The position numbers were made by a program, and so were the translations under genes. This document shows, piece by piece, positions 1-14,100 of a stretch of 64,000 nt of DNA. Position 1 is the stretch's first letter, and each line of letters opens with the position of its first letter. A model generated the notes under the pieces. That model did not search any database and was not told the origin of the DNA. It saw nothing but the letters and a program-made list of their open reading frames with translations. This DNA is from Trichoplax adhaerens. Taxonomy: Eukaryota > Animalia > Placozoa. The stretch is taken from contig NW_002060957.1 in assembly GCF_000150275.1 (NCBI RefSeq), positions 1,538,445 through 1,602,444 of the forward strand. The letters are read 5' to 3'.

Positions 1-3000
1 TTATAATCGTCAGTATCATGCATCGATGGCAATATACACCACATCGATAATTAGTAAAAATGCTATTAGTAAACTGAATGTGGTAGCCAAGGAAGGTAAT
101 GAATCTGTCAAGAAATAAATTTTGCAACTAATGCTCATCTTATTTCATCAAATAAAATATCTTAGTATTAGTTGATTATTACCGTTTTATATACTGAAAG
201 TTTATATCAGAAGCGCATAGTTTTAAATTATCGGAGTACAATAATAATAACCAATTTTATTGCATGAATACGTTAAAATGATTGATTTTTCAATAAAGTT
301 TGGATTCAGTTTCTATTAAAGAGACTATAGGTGTACTTTAACCTTCAGACCAAGGAGAAATTATTTATCAGTAATAGATTTTGCTGTAGGTAGTTGTCAC
401 TTGTCAAAGAAGACAAACTTGACATTAGACCTGATGTTTTAAGTCGTTAATGGCATATTTAATTTCTTCGTTACAAGTTTTAACTTTTAACAGTATCATA
501 CCGAAATTATCATATTTTAGTCTAAAATTAAATATATCTTGATATACTTAGTGTAATAGTTTTGCAAGCAAAAATGTACTATTTTTCAAATTTTAATCTA
601 AAAAAAAATATAGAAAATCTTTATTTAGACGTTAGCAAGTAATTTTACGATAGTAACGAAATCACTTTAATATTTATACCGATGTATATATATAATTCAG
701 TAATTTACTTCAAATCATATTTTGGAATTAAATCGTATCCGTAGTGGGAATGAGAAATGGTACATGATCACTTGTAAATGAATTTTACCGTGATTAAAAT
801 TCATTACCTAAACTTTTTGACCTTGTAATCTAAACTTAAAAAAGATACTGGTTTTGCCAATTTTCAAGTCGTAATACTCAACCTTGGCGAATTTCCTCTT
901 AAATCTGTAAGTATTTCACTCCTATAGTGTATGTTATTCACTCCAGACAGTTATTAGCAGTCCTCGAAATCAATCTTAGTTTGCTAATTTGTTACGAAAA
1001 GAGTTCCGTTGCAATTTATAATATAAAATTATTGATATTTTTCTTTGACTTCAGGGCTATATCCGTGCTCAATTTATTAATAAAAATGGAAAAACCTTAT
1101 TTGCTTTGATAAAATTATATAATAAAGCTGAAAGAAAATTATGGGAAAAGGAAGTACATTTCTATCGCTACGTTCACATGAGACGTTGGTGTTTACTAAA
1201 CGTATCTCAATGTCTTTGGATATGTGAAGGAAAGAAATGCCATATCCCTTTACTAAAGAAAGATAGAGCCAAGCTACTAGATAAATTGTAAGTTGATCAC
1301 AATCACTTAATAGTATTGGATTAAAAGTCCCAGTCATATAACTTTAATACGCAATTAATTAGAAATAGTCAACGTAGACAGTTGCAATAAATCCACGGTT
1401 TAGAAATGAAGAAAGATTATTAGTAATAAAACTGTCAAATATATGAGATTTCATCTGCCAATTGCCCATAATAATTATCAGATTTCTAAAGCAAAGCAAG
1501 TAAATTTGTAATGTCAAGATATATTAAAACTTACAGTGGTACATTTTATCATCCTGCTCACTTCTGGGCAGAATTATACCTGCCAACGATTATACCATTA
1601 CTAGATGAAATTCAGTTTAACGAAATTGATAGGTAATACTTTATTTATTAATCTAAAAGTATAAACCACATCAAATTATAAATACTGTTTTGTCAACTGT
1701 TTTGAAGCAAAGGTAATTTTGAACCTATATCGCTTAAATTTCCTAAATAAAGAATCTACCTACAGAATACACGTAACTGTTATTAATTATAGTATTTTAA
1801 TGCAATATAGCTTTAAATAGAATAGCAAAGGTTGAACTCGATACTATACACATGCCATGTGATTAAATAACTACTGGTATTTATATCGTCCTTATATCTT
1901 GCACTTTTCTTATTTGCTAAAATGATATACTGTTGTTTCCACCTTCGAAGCCTAACTTGTTACTACATGAGTGGTAATGAATTACAATCGTTAAAAGAGA
2001 TGCTCGAATACAATTCCAAACATTTGTCCCCGACAGTTATTGTCAAGATCATTCTAGATATTGCAATAGCAATCAAGTCCTTACATTCAAATATGATAGT
2101 CCACGGCAATATTGGGACTCATGCCATTCTCCTTATTACATCTCACAAGGTAACCGAATGCATGATACATCATCGAGCAATAGATACTCTTATCTTATGG
2201 AAAATCATTGTTATAAATGAAAAGTTTAATTTAGTACTTTTCTAATTATTATTTAATTACAAACGTATTCAACAATCTAAATAGGAGCAGCAGGCAACAG
2301 CACTATTAAGTGAATTTTCGCATATGCACAGATTGCAATTAATCACGGGCAGTAAACAGAATGAAACAATCTCACAGTTAATGTGTAGGGACATTAATGG
2401 GTTGGTCTCCTTGACTGAAGCTCTTTCTCTGTACTGCCAAATCGATAAAAATCGGCCATTGAATGATAGTGAAGTAGCATCGCAAGGTGATGTTAGCTGC
2501 GACGGCTGGGAGTTAGCTCTAGAATCGGTAAGATACTATGCAGCATTATTCGAGCTGTCATTCATGAACACTTACAAATCAAATTAATGGTATTCCATTT
2601 ATAACGTTTTAAACTATTTGAACTTATCGCCTAGAATTGCGAAAACTAAAATGTAACATATCAGAAGGGTATTTTACTGTTCCATTGCGTTAAAATGAAT
2701 TTTTATGTTTTGGTTACTGTTCTGCTTAACTTTGAGTCTAAGTCAAATGTTAAAATACTTAGCTTGATTTAAGATTAGTACCTAATTTAGTCTTAAGCTA
2801 TGTTTGTGAGTAATATTTTAGTTTTGAATTTTGAGGCGATCTAGCAATTAAGTCTGACATCCTGTAAATCTTTATCTAGCTGCAGCATATTAAATCGGTA
2901 ATTTACGAAAGCCAACACCATAGTAATATCAAAGAACGTCAAGAAATCATAATCTCAACTATTGAGCAACTATTTAATCGAATGCCTGAACCAAGTGATG

Positions 3001-3005
3001 GATGA
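1..3005 (+). CDS. 3' part of a multi-exon gene encoding a degenerate (pseudo)kinase domain; paralog of the minus-strand gene at 18.4-21.5 kb; 5' end lies outside the window
   Basis: Phase-compatible GT-AG exons: <2-95, 869-906, 1055-1287, possibly 1537-1632, 1951-2149, 2285-2527, 2880-3005 (TGA). The translation includes ALIKLYNKAERKLWEKEVHFY (beta3 Lys, alphaC Glu), IILDIAIAIKSLHSNMIVHGNIGTHAILL (catalytic loop, HRD->HGN) and ATALLSEFS (DFG->EFS). Confidence 0.75.
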
Positions 3006-5779
3006 GGAAATTTTTAGCGCTTTCAACTCTCTCTTTCTTATTAATTCGCAAGAGTTGTAGTTTAATCCAGCAGAAATACCTCTAACATGTATGGCTTTCA
3101 GTTAAAACATATGATACTATATCTAAACTATGTTAGTTTTAATGTCTTCTATTGCAAGTATGTCATATTATCTGATGGTCTTAAATATAGAGTACTGCAG
3201 TTTCAAAATTAACTTTAACTAAGTACATTTACAGTAAATCAAAGATAGATAGTGCATAAGTTGATACGTAGATCTAAACTTCTAGATTTTCATATTTAAA
3301 TAAAGTTAATGTATGCCAATTAAGGTTTGGAAATATGAGAGATAGCATATGATAAATAAACCCTGTCTTAAAGCAAACAGATCGATGTTAGTTTTTATAT
3401 TTGCGAAGTATAGCTACAAAAGTAAAAACTTTTTAGTTTTTCACAGAAAAATAATATTCAAAGGATCTACAAAGTTAAAATCTGTAAATAATGTAGGTTT
3501 GTAGGTATTTATTAAAATAATTAGCGCTGTACCTCTAGTATGGTACTAGTCTGCATTTATCGGGGTATGTCCTCGAAGTTAGCAATGAAAAAATATGCTA
3601 TGGTCCATTGCAGATAGTATAAAATCAGCTCTAGTTGATAAATACTACAGTAAATCCTGCATTCATGCCTACAACTTTAGTTATTTCTGCGCAATCTTAT
3701 TAACTTAATCTTACACTATTTAGGAAAGCTGTACAACATCGCTATAAGCATGTCATTGTTCTACTTTTACCTTAATTACTTCATTCATTACATTAATTAG
3801 CATTTTTAAACTCTACTTCAAGACAGCTACCGTCCTGCTATGTAGTTACACTCGTATTCTCTAATACGATTTCCAGCTTACGATAATGAATCCATGTTTA
3901 CTTATTACTGTATACCGCACAAGTGCTAGTTGTTATGCTTTCAATCAGCCTCTTCACCCAATCACTCAGTCGATATTTTATTTTTCCAACATCATAAATT
4001 GTGATTTGTAACAATTAGAAGAAAATATGACAATACAAAACACGGTACAAATCTCTTAAGAATGTTCACAAAACGGCTTTTTAGTAACACTAGTACTTTA
4101 TCTTAGCAACTTCATCAAATGACCGAAACGAGAAGCACACAGTACAAACTTATTACTCGACTTGTTCACAACAGGTACATTTATGTATGCAGTATATGCG
4201 TACAATAAGTAATACTAAATCAATAGACTAAAAGAGCCGCAACTTACAATTAAGGGCTGATCAGTTAGGATAATAAATTGTTTGTTTTCAATGCCCTTGC
4301 TATGATAAAATAATAACAGTAAAGTTTACTACCTCTCAACTTGTGATTCTTATTATTATTATATTAACTGATTCATTGTAACTTGAATTAAATCTGTCAC
4401 TAGTAGTTACAACTTCTATTATAGCACAGGCGACCAACCAATACTATGATCTTCAACGACTACCTTCATCGCCGCACTAATTGAGTAGAGCAATAAAACT
4501 AATTAGCCAAGTCTCTGGACGTTCAAAAACCCTAGATAACTACGTTGTTTAGTAGGCTACTGTTACAAGTCAAAGCTTGCAACAAGGAACGACAGAAAAT
4601 AGTCCACCTCCCTTCTTCAAGTGACAAGTATACTTTATTTGACTACCGCCTTACATAAATGAGGCAGGAACACGTTTTTTTGGTGTCTTTTGAGTAGAAA
4701 ATACTTAAAAGGACGTTATAGTACGCTATCCAATCAGAAAACGACAACTCATTCCAAAATGACTCCAACTCTATGTCACCATATTTCAGTCTCAAAGAAT
4801 GTGCAGTAAATCTACCAAATTGTACAGAGCTGGATAGTGTGCTGTGACAGTTACCTATAGTATTTTGAAAGAAAGAAATTTTTAATGTATTACTAAAATG
4901 CGCAACTGTGGCAGCTGACAATTCCATCAGCTTGCAACTTTGCAAAGTATCCCAATCAATTTATAGGCAATATTCATGGCAAAATAGCTCAAAGAGGTTT
5001 CCATGAGTTAGCCAATTGTGACAGTGCTATATACTATATTAGAGTAGAAATAACTATGTTAGGATAATTCTGTTAGACTATCCTTATTTAGTTAACTTCT
5101 AATTTGGATATACTGTATTTTAATATAGTACTGACTTTTTATGACAGTGACACTTGTACACATACTGAAATTAATAGTTATAATAGGGAATGCAAATCAT
5201 CTGCTTATAGTTCGAATCATTGTGATGGTAATTTACTTATGGTAGATTGTAAATTATCATGGAAATATTCCGTGATAGGACATATCGTAATCTGACTATT
5301 CTGTATTAGTCATTACATGTCTATGTTCGTAAATACTGTTGTCTGCATTAAAGGAGCAGTAGCTAAAATTGATATCTAATTCAGTAAATGATTCCAATGT
5401 TAATTGTCTTAACTATGACTCATGAACTATTGAGGAATAGTATATAAATGCAGTATATCGTGTAATAAAGTGGATTCTCAAACTTGGTGTTTAACGTAAA
5501 ATACGAGGCGATTAAGTCTTTGTGTAATCTGCTAGTAGAGCAAAAGTGTTTCTCTTAGTGCAGATATCGTTCCTTGATACGTGGTTCAAGGAATTGACTT
5601 ATTGATCGTACATTACGTTATCTTGTTGCAAAGCTGTTTTGTGACACCAATCAAACGTGGCAACTTATTCAAAATGTTTCAAGCATCACTTCCCTTCCAC
5701 GAAGTCAAACGCAGTTACGAATATGAGCAACAACAAAACTTGAAGTCTACTGCAGCTTCATTTCCATAGTAACGCCGGA

Positions 5780-6290
5780 ACTACACTGTACACTGTACAG
5801 TGTACAGTACTTCAACTTCGCTTGCAGTACGGTAGTGGCGTGCACTGTGCAGAGTGGGTCTCCTTGCCGTTGTTAAAACTCAGTACTGTACTGTGTATAC
5901 TGTACTGTAGAGTGTGTCACGTTACCTGGACGGTATATTCGCAAAGGATGCTTTCTGATATGCAGAGGATAACATGTATATCTTATACTGTAAGTAACTT
6001 TTTCGAGAGAGAGAAAAGCAAAGAAGACTCCGAGGAAGGTTTCGCTTGAAAGTTCTGTATACTGTACTGTACAGCTGACTGAGCGTACTCAGGATACTGT
6101 ACTGTACCTACTGTATACTGAACGGTACTATTCGCTTGCATTTGGTACTGTTTTGGTACTGTTCGCTTGCATTTCGCTTACATTCAGATTGCATTTGTGT
6201 ACTACAGCGGTGTACGACTGTACAGTGTACAGTACAGAGGTGCGAATACATTACTGTACACTGTACACTGTACACTACAGTATACCGACA
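5780..6290. repeat. Dense cluster of TACTG/CAGTA (TACTGTACAG-type) motifs upstream of SCAPER; likely promoter-associated low-complexity sequence
   Basis: Many copies of ctgtac/gtacag/cagtac, e.g. cactgtacactgtacagtgtacagtac at about 5784 and gtactgtactgt at about 5883. This explains the spurious C/T/V/Y-rich ORFs at 5822-6426. Confidence 0.7.
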
Positions 6291-8107
6291 ATTAGCGACA
6301 AAGCAAAGCTTGTTGCCAATACAGAATTCTTCACGATCCATTCTAACCAACTGGCATGCCAGAATTCAAACTTACCACCAATTTGAAGTTAGCCTAATAG
6401 TTCATTTTTGCTACCTCTATGGTTAGACAAGGGAGGAATTGATCGACGACTTTCAACATCCAGTTGTAGCCAAAAAAAAATGCCTTTGAAAAAGAGTCAA
6501 ATTTTACAGGTGAAATATGCAACTGGATAAGTACGACAGACACAAGCTGATAACCCTAATCGAGTTTCTCATCCATTCATCAAATAGATAGTAGGCAGGA
6601 GGCGTAGGTTAGAATGAGCATCTTTTAGCTTTCATCGACAGTACTGTACAGTATAGCGTCGTAGAATGCATATCTACAGTAGTGATCCAAAGCAAAATTT
6701 TAATTTATTATCCCTATATACAGTATATCTTGTTCATGGCCTCGAGAATGATTTGGATCCATTTCACTGCACCTAAAATTGATCCAAGCTTGATTTAGAC
6801 AATGTGAATTAATCTAGAGGTCAGCTAATGTTGTACTTTATATTGATGACGATAATCATATCAGCAATGCATCTGCAAAATAAGTAAAAAATACTCTGCT
6901 ATCCTTACTTTAAGCATTAATTTAGACAAGTTGATATTGTATTTACAGTCGATTATACCAATCCAACGATCGAGTACTAGTTCATACCAATGCCCAAAGC
7001 TGTCATTGGCACTCTCAGATGCGATCGATTAGATCATCATACTCGTACTCCAATAAAGTTCTAATAATTGAATGAAGATAGCAATGTATGATATAATCGA
7101 TGGGAAAGACTTTCATAGCCGATCAAGTAGATGTTGCTTTACTGCTTTAACAGTCTGGATCTGACCAGTGGAATGATACCAACAAGACATGCAGTAATGT
7201 TCGTTAGGAATTGTCTGACTGTTGAAACTTCCTATAATATGAATATAGAATAGAAGTGTGAATAGAGTTCAGGAATGCAAGATGCCCTTTTATTTTATCA
7301 CATGTTGGTAGTAAGAGAGTTTTGCTGTTCTATTTTTACTATAACTTCAATAGTTCGACATTAATATACTGTACTGCTATGGTAAGAATCAATCAATTGG
7401 ACTTTGTATGACTCATTCGACATAATTCTCCAATGCCTCCATTGATTGGTTTGACTAGTTTGTAAATGTTATATGGTTATAGCAATTTCCTAATGGACTG
7501 CCTATTCAATTTAATCGATGCCACATTGACAGTAGATCCGAAATCTCTATAACACACCAACTTTATAAACGAAACAATTTTATTAACGTATGTATATACA
7601 AAAATAACCGTCCATTGTAAGCCAATAAATATGCCCACTCTTGACACATTCCTACAATCACTGCTATGGTCATGTTTAAGTTACATCATAAGCATGCTAT
7701 CGTCAATATGTAACGCGATCCTAGTTAACTCAGTACAATGTATGATGAAATTTACGGTTGAAATACCATTTCATCTACAACTGAACGTATTATCTGAGCA
7801 AGCAAGTATCCAATTGCAATACCAAATTCAACTATAGCTGTCATTCGACTAACCCTACTAGATTCATTACGGAAATAGCAGACCCTAACCTCGTAATGAT
7901 AGCCAAATATGTAGCAACTATTAGAGATAGTTGAATTATACGAAAAGCACAATTGCAATCTAGGTTTTAAATTGATATCGGATAACCATGTTCTTGTAAT
8001 TAATCATCTAGTCAATCATACATATTATATTCGCCCTATTGCATATTATTTGCCGCAAGGCCCAATATAGTCCTTCAGTGCATATATTTCGTTAACGTCT
8101 CTTCAAA

Positions 8108-11100
8108 ATGGCAATGGCGGAGGTATCTTTATCAATATTAAGGTTCATAATATTGGACTTGATAGTAAGTATTGAATCTCTCAAGCCTGTAAACAATGAT
8201 TGTAACTATGAAAAATTGAACAGAGCTAACTTTATATCTTCATAAACATAGCCCCTCTCGTGTCGAACCCAATAAGTGATATTGTAATCCATCAACTTTT
8301 TTAAAAATAATTTCTCATATAAAATAAATAAATATTTTTATAGTCTAGTAGCAAGCATTAACAATAACATCATTATAGAAACAAATGATCGAAGAAGTTA
8401 CTTAATCGGCTCATATCATATTCATTACTGTAGTTGATGTATTTTAAATTTACTCGCTAGAAAATTAATAATTAGTTATGCCTATGGAACAAAATTATAG
8501 ACAGAGGAAGAAGAGAGTGATACCAACCAGCAATCCAGCAGCGACTCTTCTTTACAAAGTATTATCAGCAGACATAACCTAAAAGCAAGATATTGGTCTT
8601 ACTTATTTGATAATCTAAATCGGGCTGTTGATGAAATTTATTGCGTTTGCGAGAATGATGAAAATATTAATGGTTGTCAGGTAACCAATCTCATGGTAGT
8701 TTGTGTCGTAAGATCATCTCAGAGTAACCTTAACGTATTTACGCCTATAACGAAATTCGGTTGCTTTAGTTAGCACCAAAAGAACAATGCAAAAAACCTA
8801 AGTTATAAAGTTTGAATTATAAGTAATTATGAACTACGATAGAGTTTCCATTATACGCGTATTTAGATAGTATGGCGAAATGATGTGTATATTATTGATA
8901 TCATAATATTAATAAACAATTCATATGCATATGATCGGCAGGAAGTCATTATGACATTAGATATATGCAAGAAAGATTTTAATGCATTAGTTGAAAGAAT
9001 TCACTTACAAACAGAATTTGAAGTTGCAGATTCAAAGTATGTATTCAATTATTGTTTTTAAATATTTTGGTCACACAATTTTATACTTTACTATAGTAAA
9101 AAGTGTAAGCGTATGTAACATGCTGTTTTAACCATCGATTCAATATATCCTCATAGACCAACATCTTTAGCCTGGGAAGTCAGAAAATCCTCTCCCGGTA
9201 AATCTTTTTCTATGGATGGTAGTAGAAGAAGCTCAGAACGTACTAGCAGTAGTAGCAGTAACAGACTATCAATGGGTTCTGCCCGGAAAATTAATTTTGA
9301 CATAAAAGAAAGCGATGGACAACAGAACGCTGCTGTAGAAATGCCATTAGCCAAAGATGATAGCAATCCACGCCTTGAAGTTGTACACGAAAGGACCACC
9401 TGGGCTGATAGAGTGAAAAATAAAGGCAGTGTTATCAAAGAGGTACGAAAAGTCATTCAGTTTCTTTTTTTACCAGGCTAATACATTACTTTATTAACCG
9501 ATACTTTAGTTTCTTAATTATCATAGTGAAAATTATGTATTCGAATGTTGGTAATAGAATGTGTATCTCAGTTTAGTAAGCGACGACAGTAAATTAGACA
9601 TTTTGCTATACTGTAGGTAGTAACTACGGAGTCGCAAACAAAAAAAGACAATGATTCTATCGATAACGATGGTGAATGGACCCTCGTACACCACGGGAAA
9701 TCTAAGCGTACCCGTAAGATATTACTTGCATTTTTGCCTATTATTGAAACTGTATAATGACCTCAAATTGTAAAAATATAATTTAGCTTTCTGATTATAT
9801 GATCAAATAATCAATTTTGAAGTCAATTTTCTGAATCTTCTTACAGGGAGTAACCAACAATCAGATTCTGTTAGAAATGAAACAGACTTGCAAAAACTTC
9901 AGGTGTACTTTACTTTTGATTTAAATACTTTATGCAGTATTATGGCCTAGTAATGTGACGGCGTTTCTAAACGATGTTAGGATGATTACGGCGATGAAGA
10001 CATTATCCCATTTTTAGAAGCCAATGGTAGTTTATCAATAATATATGACTTATTCTTGCTTTGGTGAAATGAATTTTAAGATCCTGGAGTAAAGTTTGCT
10101 ATTTTTTATTGAAGACGAATTCAGAAATCTCAGTTTGACAGATAGAATGGAACTTCTAGATGTTGATTCCAATGTTAGACCTCCAGGTAGGGTCATTGAA
10201 ATTCATCAAAAACTGTCGTCCCCAAGGAAAAGGTATATTCTAATAAATTTAGCATTTAATAGTTAATTAAAACAGCCATAAACTGAAAGCTACCATATTA
10301 TTGGCTATAAAATTGATTCAGTATACATGACTTATCAGCATTTTATTGCTTATCGATGTAATTACAGACCTCTTGATGAAACTAAGCGAATTCAAGACGA
10401 ACGCCAAGTCAGTAATACATTTGGCTGCAGTTGATGTGCTTAATTCCGTCATATATTATAAACATCTATTTGGCTATTTAAATTGATAAAAATTACATCG
10501 ATTAAATAACATATGCATGACGTCACATAATAGATGAAAGCTGCGGAGCGAAGAAATTATAATCAAAAAGAAAGATTAAAAAAAGTAAAATCAACCTTAG
10601 AAAAGGTATATTTTTGTTAGTGCTAAACAAAATTCATACTAGGATTATGACGAATTGTTGTAGAAATACTGATATGAAATACTACTAATTTTATATTTAG
10701 GGGAAAAAAATTCGACAGCAGCAAGAAGAGATGCAGCGACAAAAGAAAGAATACTTTGAAAAGAAGCATACAACAGCTGAACAAAAGAGACTTGATCAAC
10801 TACGAGAAATAGTACGAAAGGCTCAGGAAGAAGATGCCAAAGTCAGTTAAAGATGCAATGTCTAATAAGAGCGCTTAGACGTGAATTATCTACGTAGTTT
10901 GCATACGTGTGCTTGAATATTTATTACTATAATGTAAATCATGTTCTACAGATTAGTGAGATTGCGTTTATTAATTCATTGGAAGCCCAAAATAAGAGGA
11001 TTGAAGTATTTTCGAGACATCAGGTGTGAGCACGAATGATGTAATCATAATTTAACACTTCAATGACTTACTGCTAATTCTGATAAAACGGTATTGATTT

Positions 11101-14100
11101 GCAATTTATGATACAAAAATATTTCTTAGAATCACAAAGCACGTTTGAAGGACATTCAGGTTGAAAAGAATTCATCTTAAATAATGAAGTAATGCAGTTG
11201 TCAACTTTGAATTACTAGTACAATTTCTGCTATTTAATGTAACTCGATAGACCGAGAGGCAAAGAAAATTCGAAGAACAAGCTGCAAAGGAAGAAGCTGC
11301 GCTGGTTAGTTCGAGTAAAGTTTAGATATCTTGACCTAATTTAATACTGTCAATGATTAACTAAGTTATCTATGATCCTATACATTTTAGGAGCGACGAC
11401 GTGCCTTGGAAGCCGAAAGGCAATTTAAATTAGAAGAGTTGCGACTAAAAAAATTAGAAAAGGTAAAGGTGTTAACAATTCTTAACATTGTTCAAACAAT
11501 CTATAGTAACTCTGCATGGACCTACTTATCACGGTAAATTTTCAATTTGCTGACTTATTGAAACGCTTTAACTTACCTTTAGGAGGCCAAAGTAGAACTT
11601 CAACGGCAGGAACGTGATAAGGCTAGAAGTGATGCCCTGAAGGAGAAAGCACGGTAGAATTATTACCGCGATAAGATCTATGCCGTAAATTATTGCATAA
11701 AAAGTTTACGCCGTATCAATTCTATAAATATTCACTGTAGCGACCGAGAACAAAAAAAATCAGCGCTCCATGCTGCTCTAGCAACTTCAGCTAAAGAACT
11801 TCAAAAAAGGATTGAGCAAAAGGTTAAACAATTACCGTCTCTGAGTAAAGTGTGCGCATAAATATCATTCTATTAAATGAATAAGCTTTCATTACCGATA
11901 GAAAATAATAAGTCCACTGATTTAAAATCATTGCTCTAAATGCTTAAAATATTGGAATATTTCTATTTAAATAGCATACTGAGAGTAACAAACGGCACGA
12001 AATGTTAATTGAACAAAAGAAAGAAAAGGTTAAATTCTATATTTAATATTTGCATGTCTGATTAATACGTATATCATCGTAGCTAAAACGAGAATTTAGA
12101 CTAAGTGTTTCTTGACGTAAGTGTAATGTTGTTATTCCTAATACTGTAGGCAGCTACTTCTTATCGTCCAATGTCCTCGGATTATGTTCCTAACGTTGCT
12201 CCCTATGAATGTAAAAAATTTTGTTCACTTTGCAAAGTTCAGGTACATGTACATTTATACATTTATTGGCCATAATGCCTTCAATATTCAATTAATGTGA
12301 TATACTGGCGCCTTGGTTATGTCAATATTTCTGTATTGAAAACAAGGCATACCTTAATTGGCTTAGAGGTGAATCTTAATTATAACAACTACATATTTAT
12401 TATAAAAAATCAGATTATGTCTGAAGTATATCTTCTTAGCCATTTACGAGGAAAAATTCACAGAGAAGCTTTGTATGGAGACAATAACAAAGAATTTTGC
12501 CTGGATGACATTGTAAAAATAAAGCTTTTGATGTACCTGTTATCATCGATTTGATATAAGTTCTCGCAAAAATGAAATATCCATTGATTAACATTCCTAT
12601 GTTTTTCACTGTTATTTTAGTTTACGGAATCAATGAACTACATCGTCGACGTTCAAAGCGATATGGATGAGCAAAGCGCAAATGAAAGTAAACTACGACA
12701 ACAATCTTGGAAAAAGAAAGCCAAGAAAATTAAGCAAAGATTAAATTCAAAGTAATATATAGAGAAGAGTGATCATATTTGTTACTCTAGCTTTATTTTT
12801 TTATCAACGTTTGTATGTGCAGAACCAAAGTGAAGCTAGTGGACAAAAAAGCACTAACGGCTGGAAACTCAACCAAGTAGGACAACACTGATAAGTTTTC
12901 AGTGAATATCCCTAATGACTGATTATCGATAAATGTTAACTTCCGGAAAATATTCTGCAGGACAACCAAAATTATAAAAGATTTAGAAAAAGCTATCAAG
13001 TCCGTGAGCGACTGCACCGAACTTAATCAATCGCAATGTAATCTTATAGAAAAGTGCTTAAGAGAACTTAAGTCGATACTAAAGTCAAAGGTATATTATC
13101 AATACCATTATCAATACCATCAACTTATCCTGCCACAAGCAATGATTAAAACTCGTAGATTAAAACTAATTTTATTTTAAACGTAAATGTCACTTTGTAG
13201 ATATCTAAGACTGAAGTTGTTGCCTTCAAAAACAATAATGGCATTACTTTAATATGTAAACTGTTAGCTATGTTTGGAAATCAAGCCTCTAATCCGGTCT
13301 TTAGGAAGTAATTTCATGCGTTATATTAACATTAAAATGATCAGTTTTGATCGAACAGCCGTATGTAACATCTCATATTAACGGTATGAAATCCTAATTG
13401 CGTTGCAGGTATGTAAATGGCTTTACGGAAGTAGTTATTCTCATTTGTTGGGACAATTTAGACGCGTGTATGGAGTTCATTTTAAGTGGCGAAGTGATCT
13501 CATTAATTGATATTTTAATGAAAAGATTTCAGGTAGGCTACATGTTGTTATTATTATTATGGCTAAGGCAATCGCTACTTAAGATACCCTCTAGTATATC
13601 AGAGTTGAGGTACTCAATAAATTTACGTTGACCTAGCTGTATTGAAAGACATGAAATTGGATTGTTGTTACTCTAACGACCCTTACCACAAATTAGTGTT
13701 TCCAAAATTAATTTCTAAATAAATGTAATTTAAAATTAGGTAATAAACTTAGAAGGAAAGGGAAGTTCCGAAGGGAAGCAAAAGCAAAAATTATCCCCTT
13801 ATTGTCCTATAGCGCATAATTTTTTAAGTCTGTTATCAGCGATATTTACAAGTTTGATAAGGAATGACTGCAAGAGTGTGACCATATCGGAAAATGTATC
13901 GCTTTATCAACGAGCATTGGACTGTATTAGGTGTGTAAATTAATGTCCCTAAACAACTTTGTAAATAAGGGATAACGTAGGTAAAAATTGATGGCTATTT
14001 TATTATTATTAATAAATGCTTCAGCTACATTGTTTGCGTTGGAATTATCGATGCTCTAAAATCTTTCTTTGGCTTGGTATATAACTCTATACTTGTTGAT

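Noticed and set aside
349-389. Candidate exon PRRNYLSVIDFAV in the first gene
   Set aside because: Its open frame needs a phase-2 upstream donor, but the exon ending at 95 is phase 1 and splices directly to 869.
4643-5769. 100-aa minus-strand ORF and nearby short ORFs as a gene divergent from SCAPER
   Set aside because: Non-ATG start, no homology recognised and no consistent exon chain; a non-coding transcript cannot be excluded.
5822-6426. Overlapping Cys/Thr/Val/Tyr-rich ORFs on both strands (also 25589-25801)
   Set aside because: By-products of the stop-poor TACTG/CAGTA repeats; no recognisable domain.
9151-13017. Minus-strand ORFs 9151-9456 and 12793-13017
   Set aside because: Antisense shadows of SCAPER exons.
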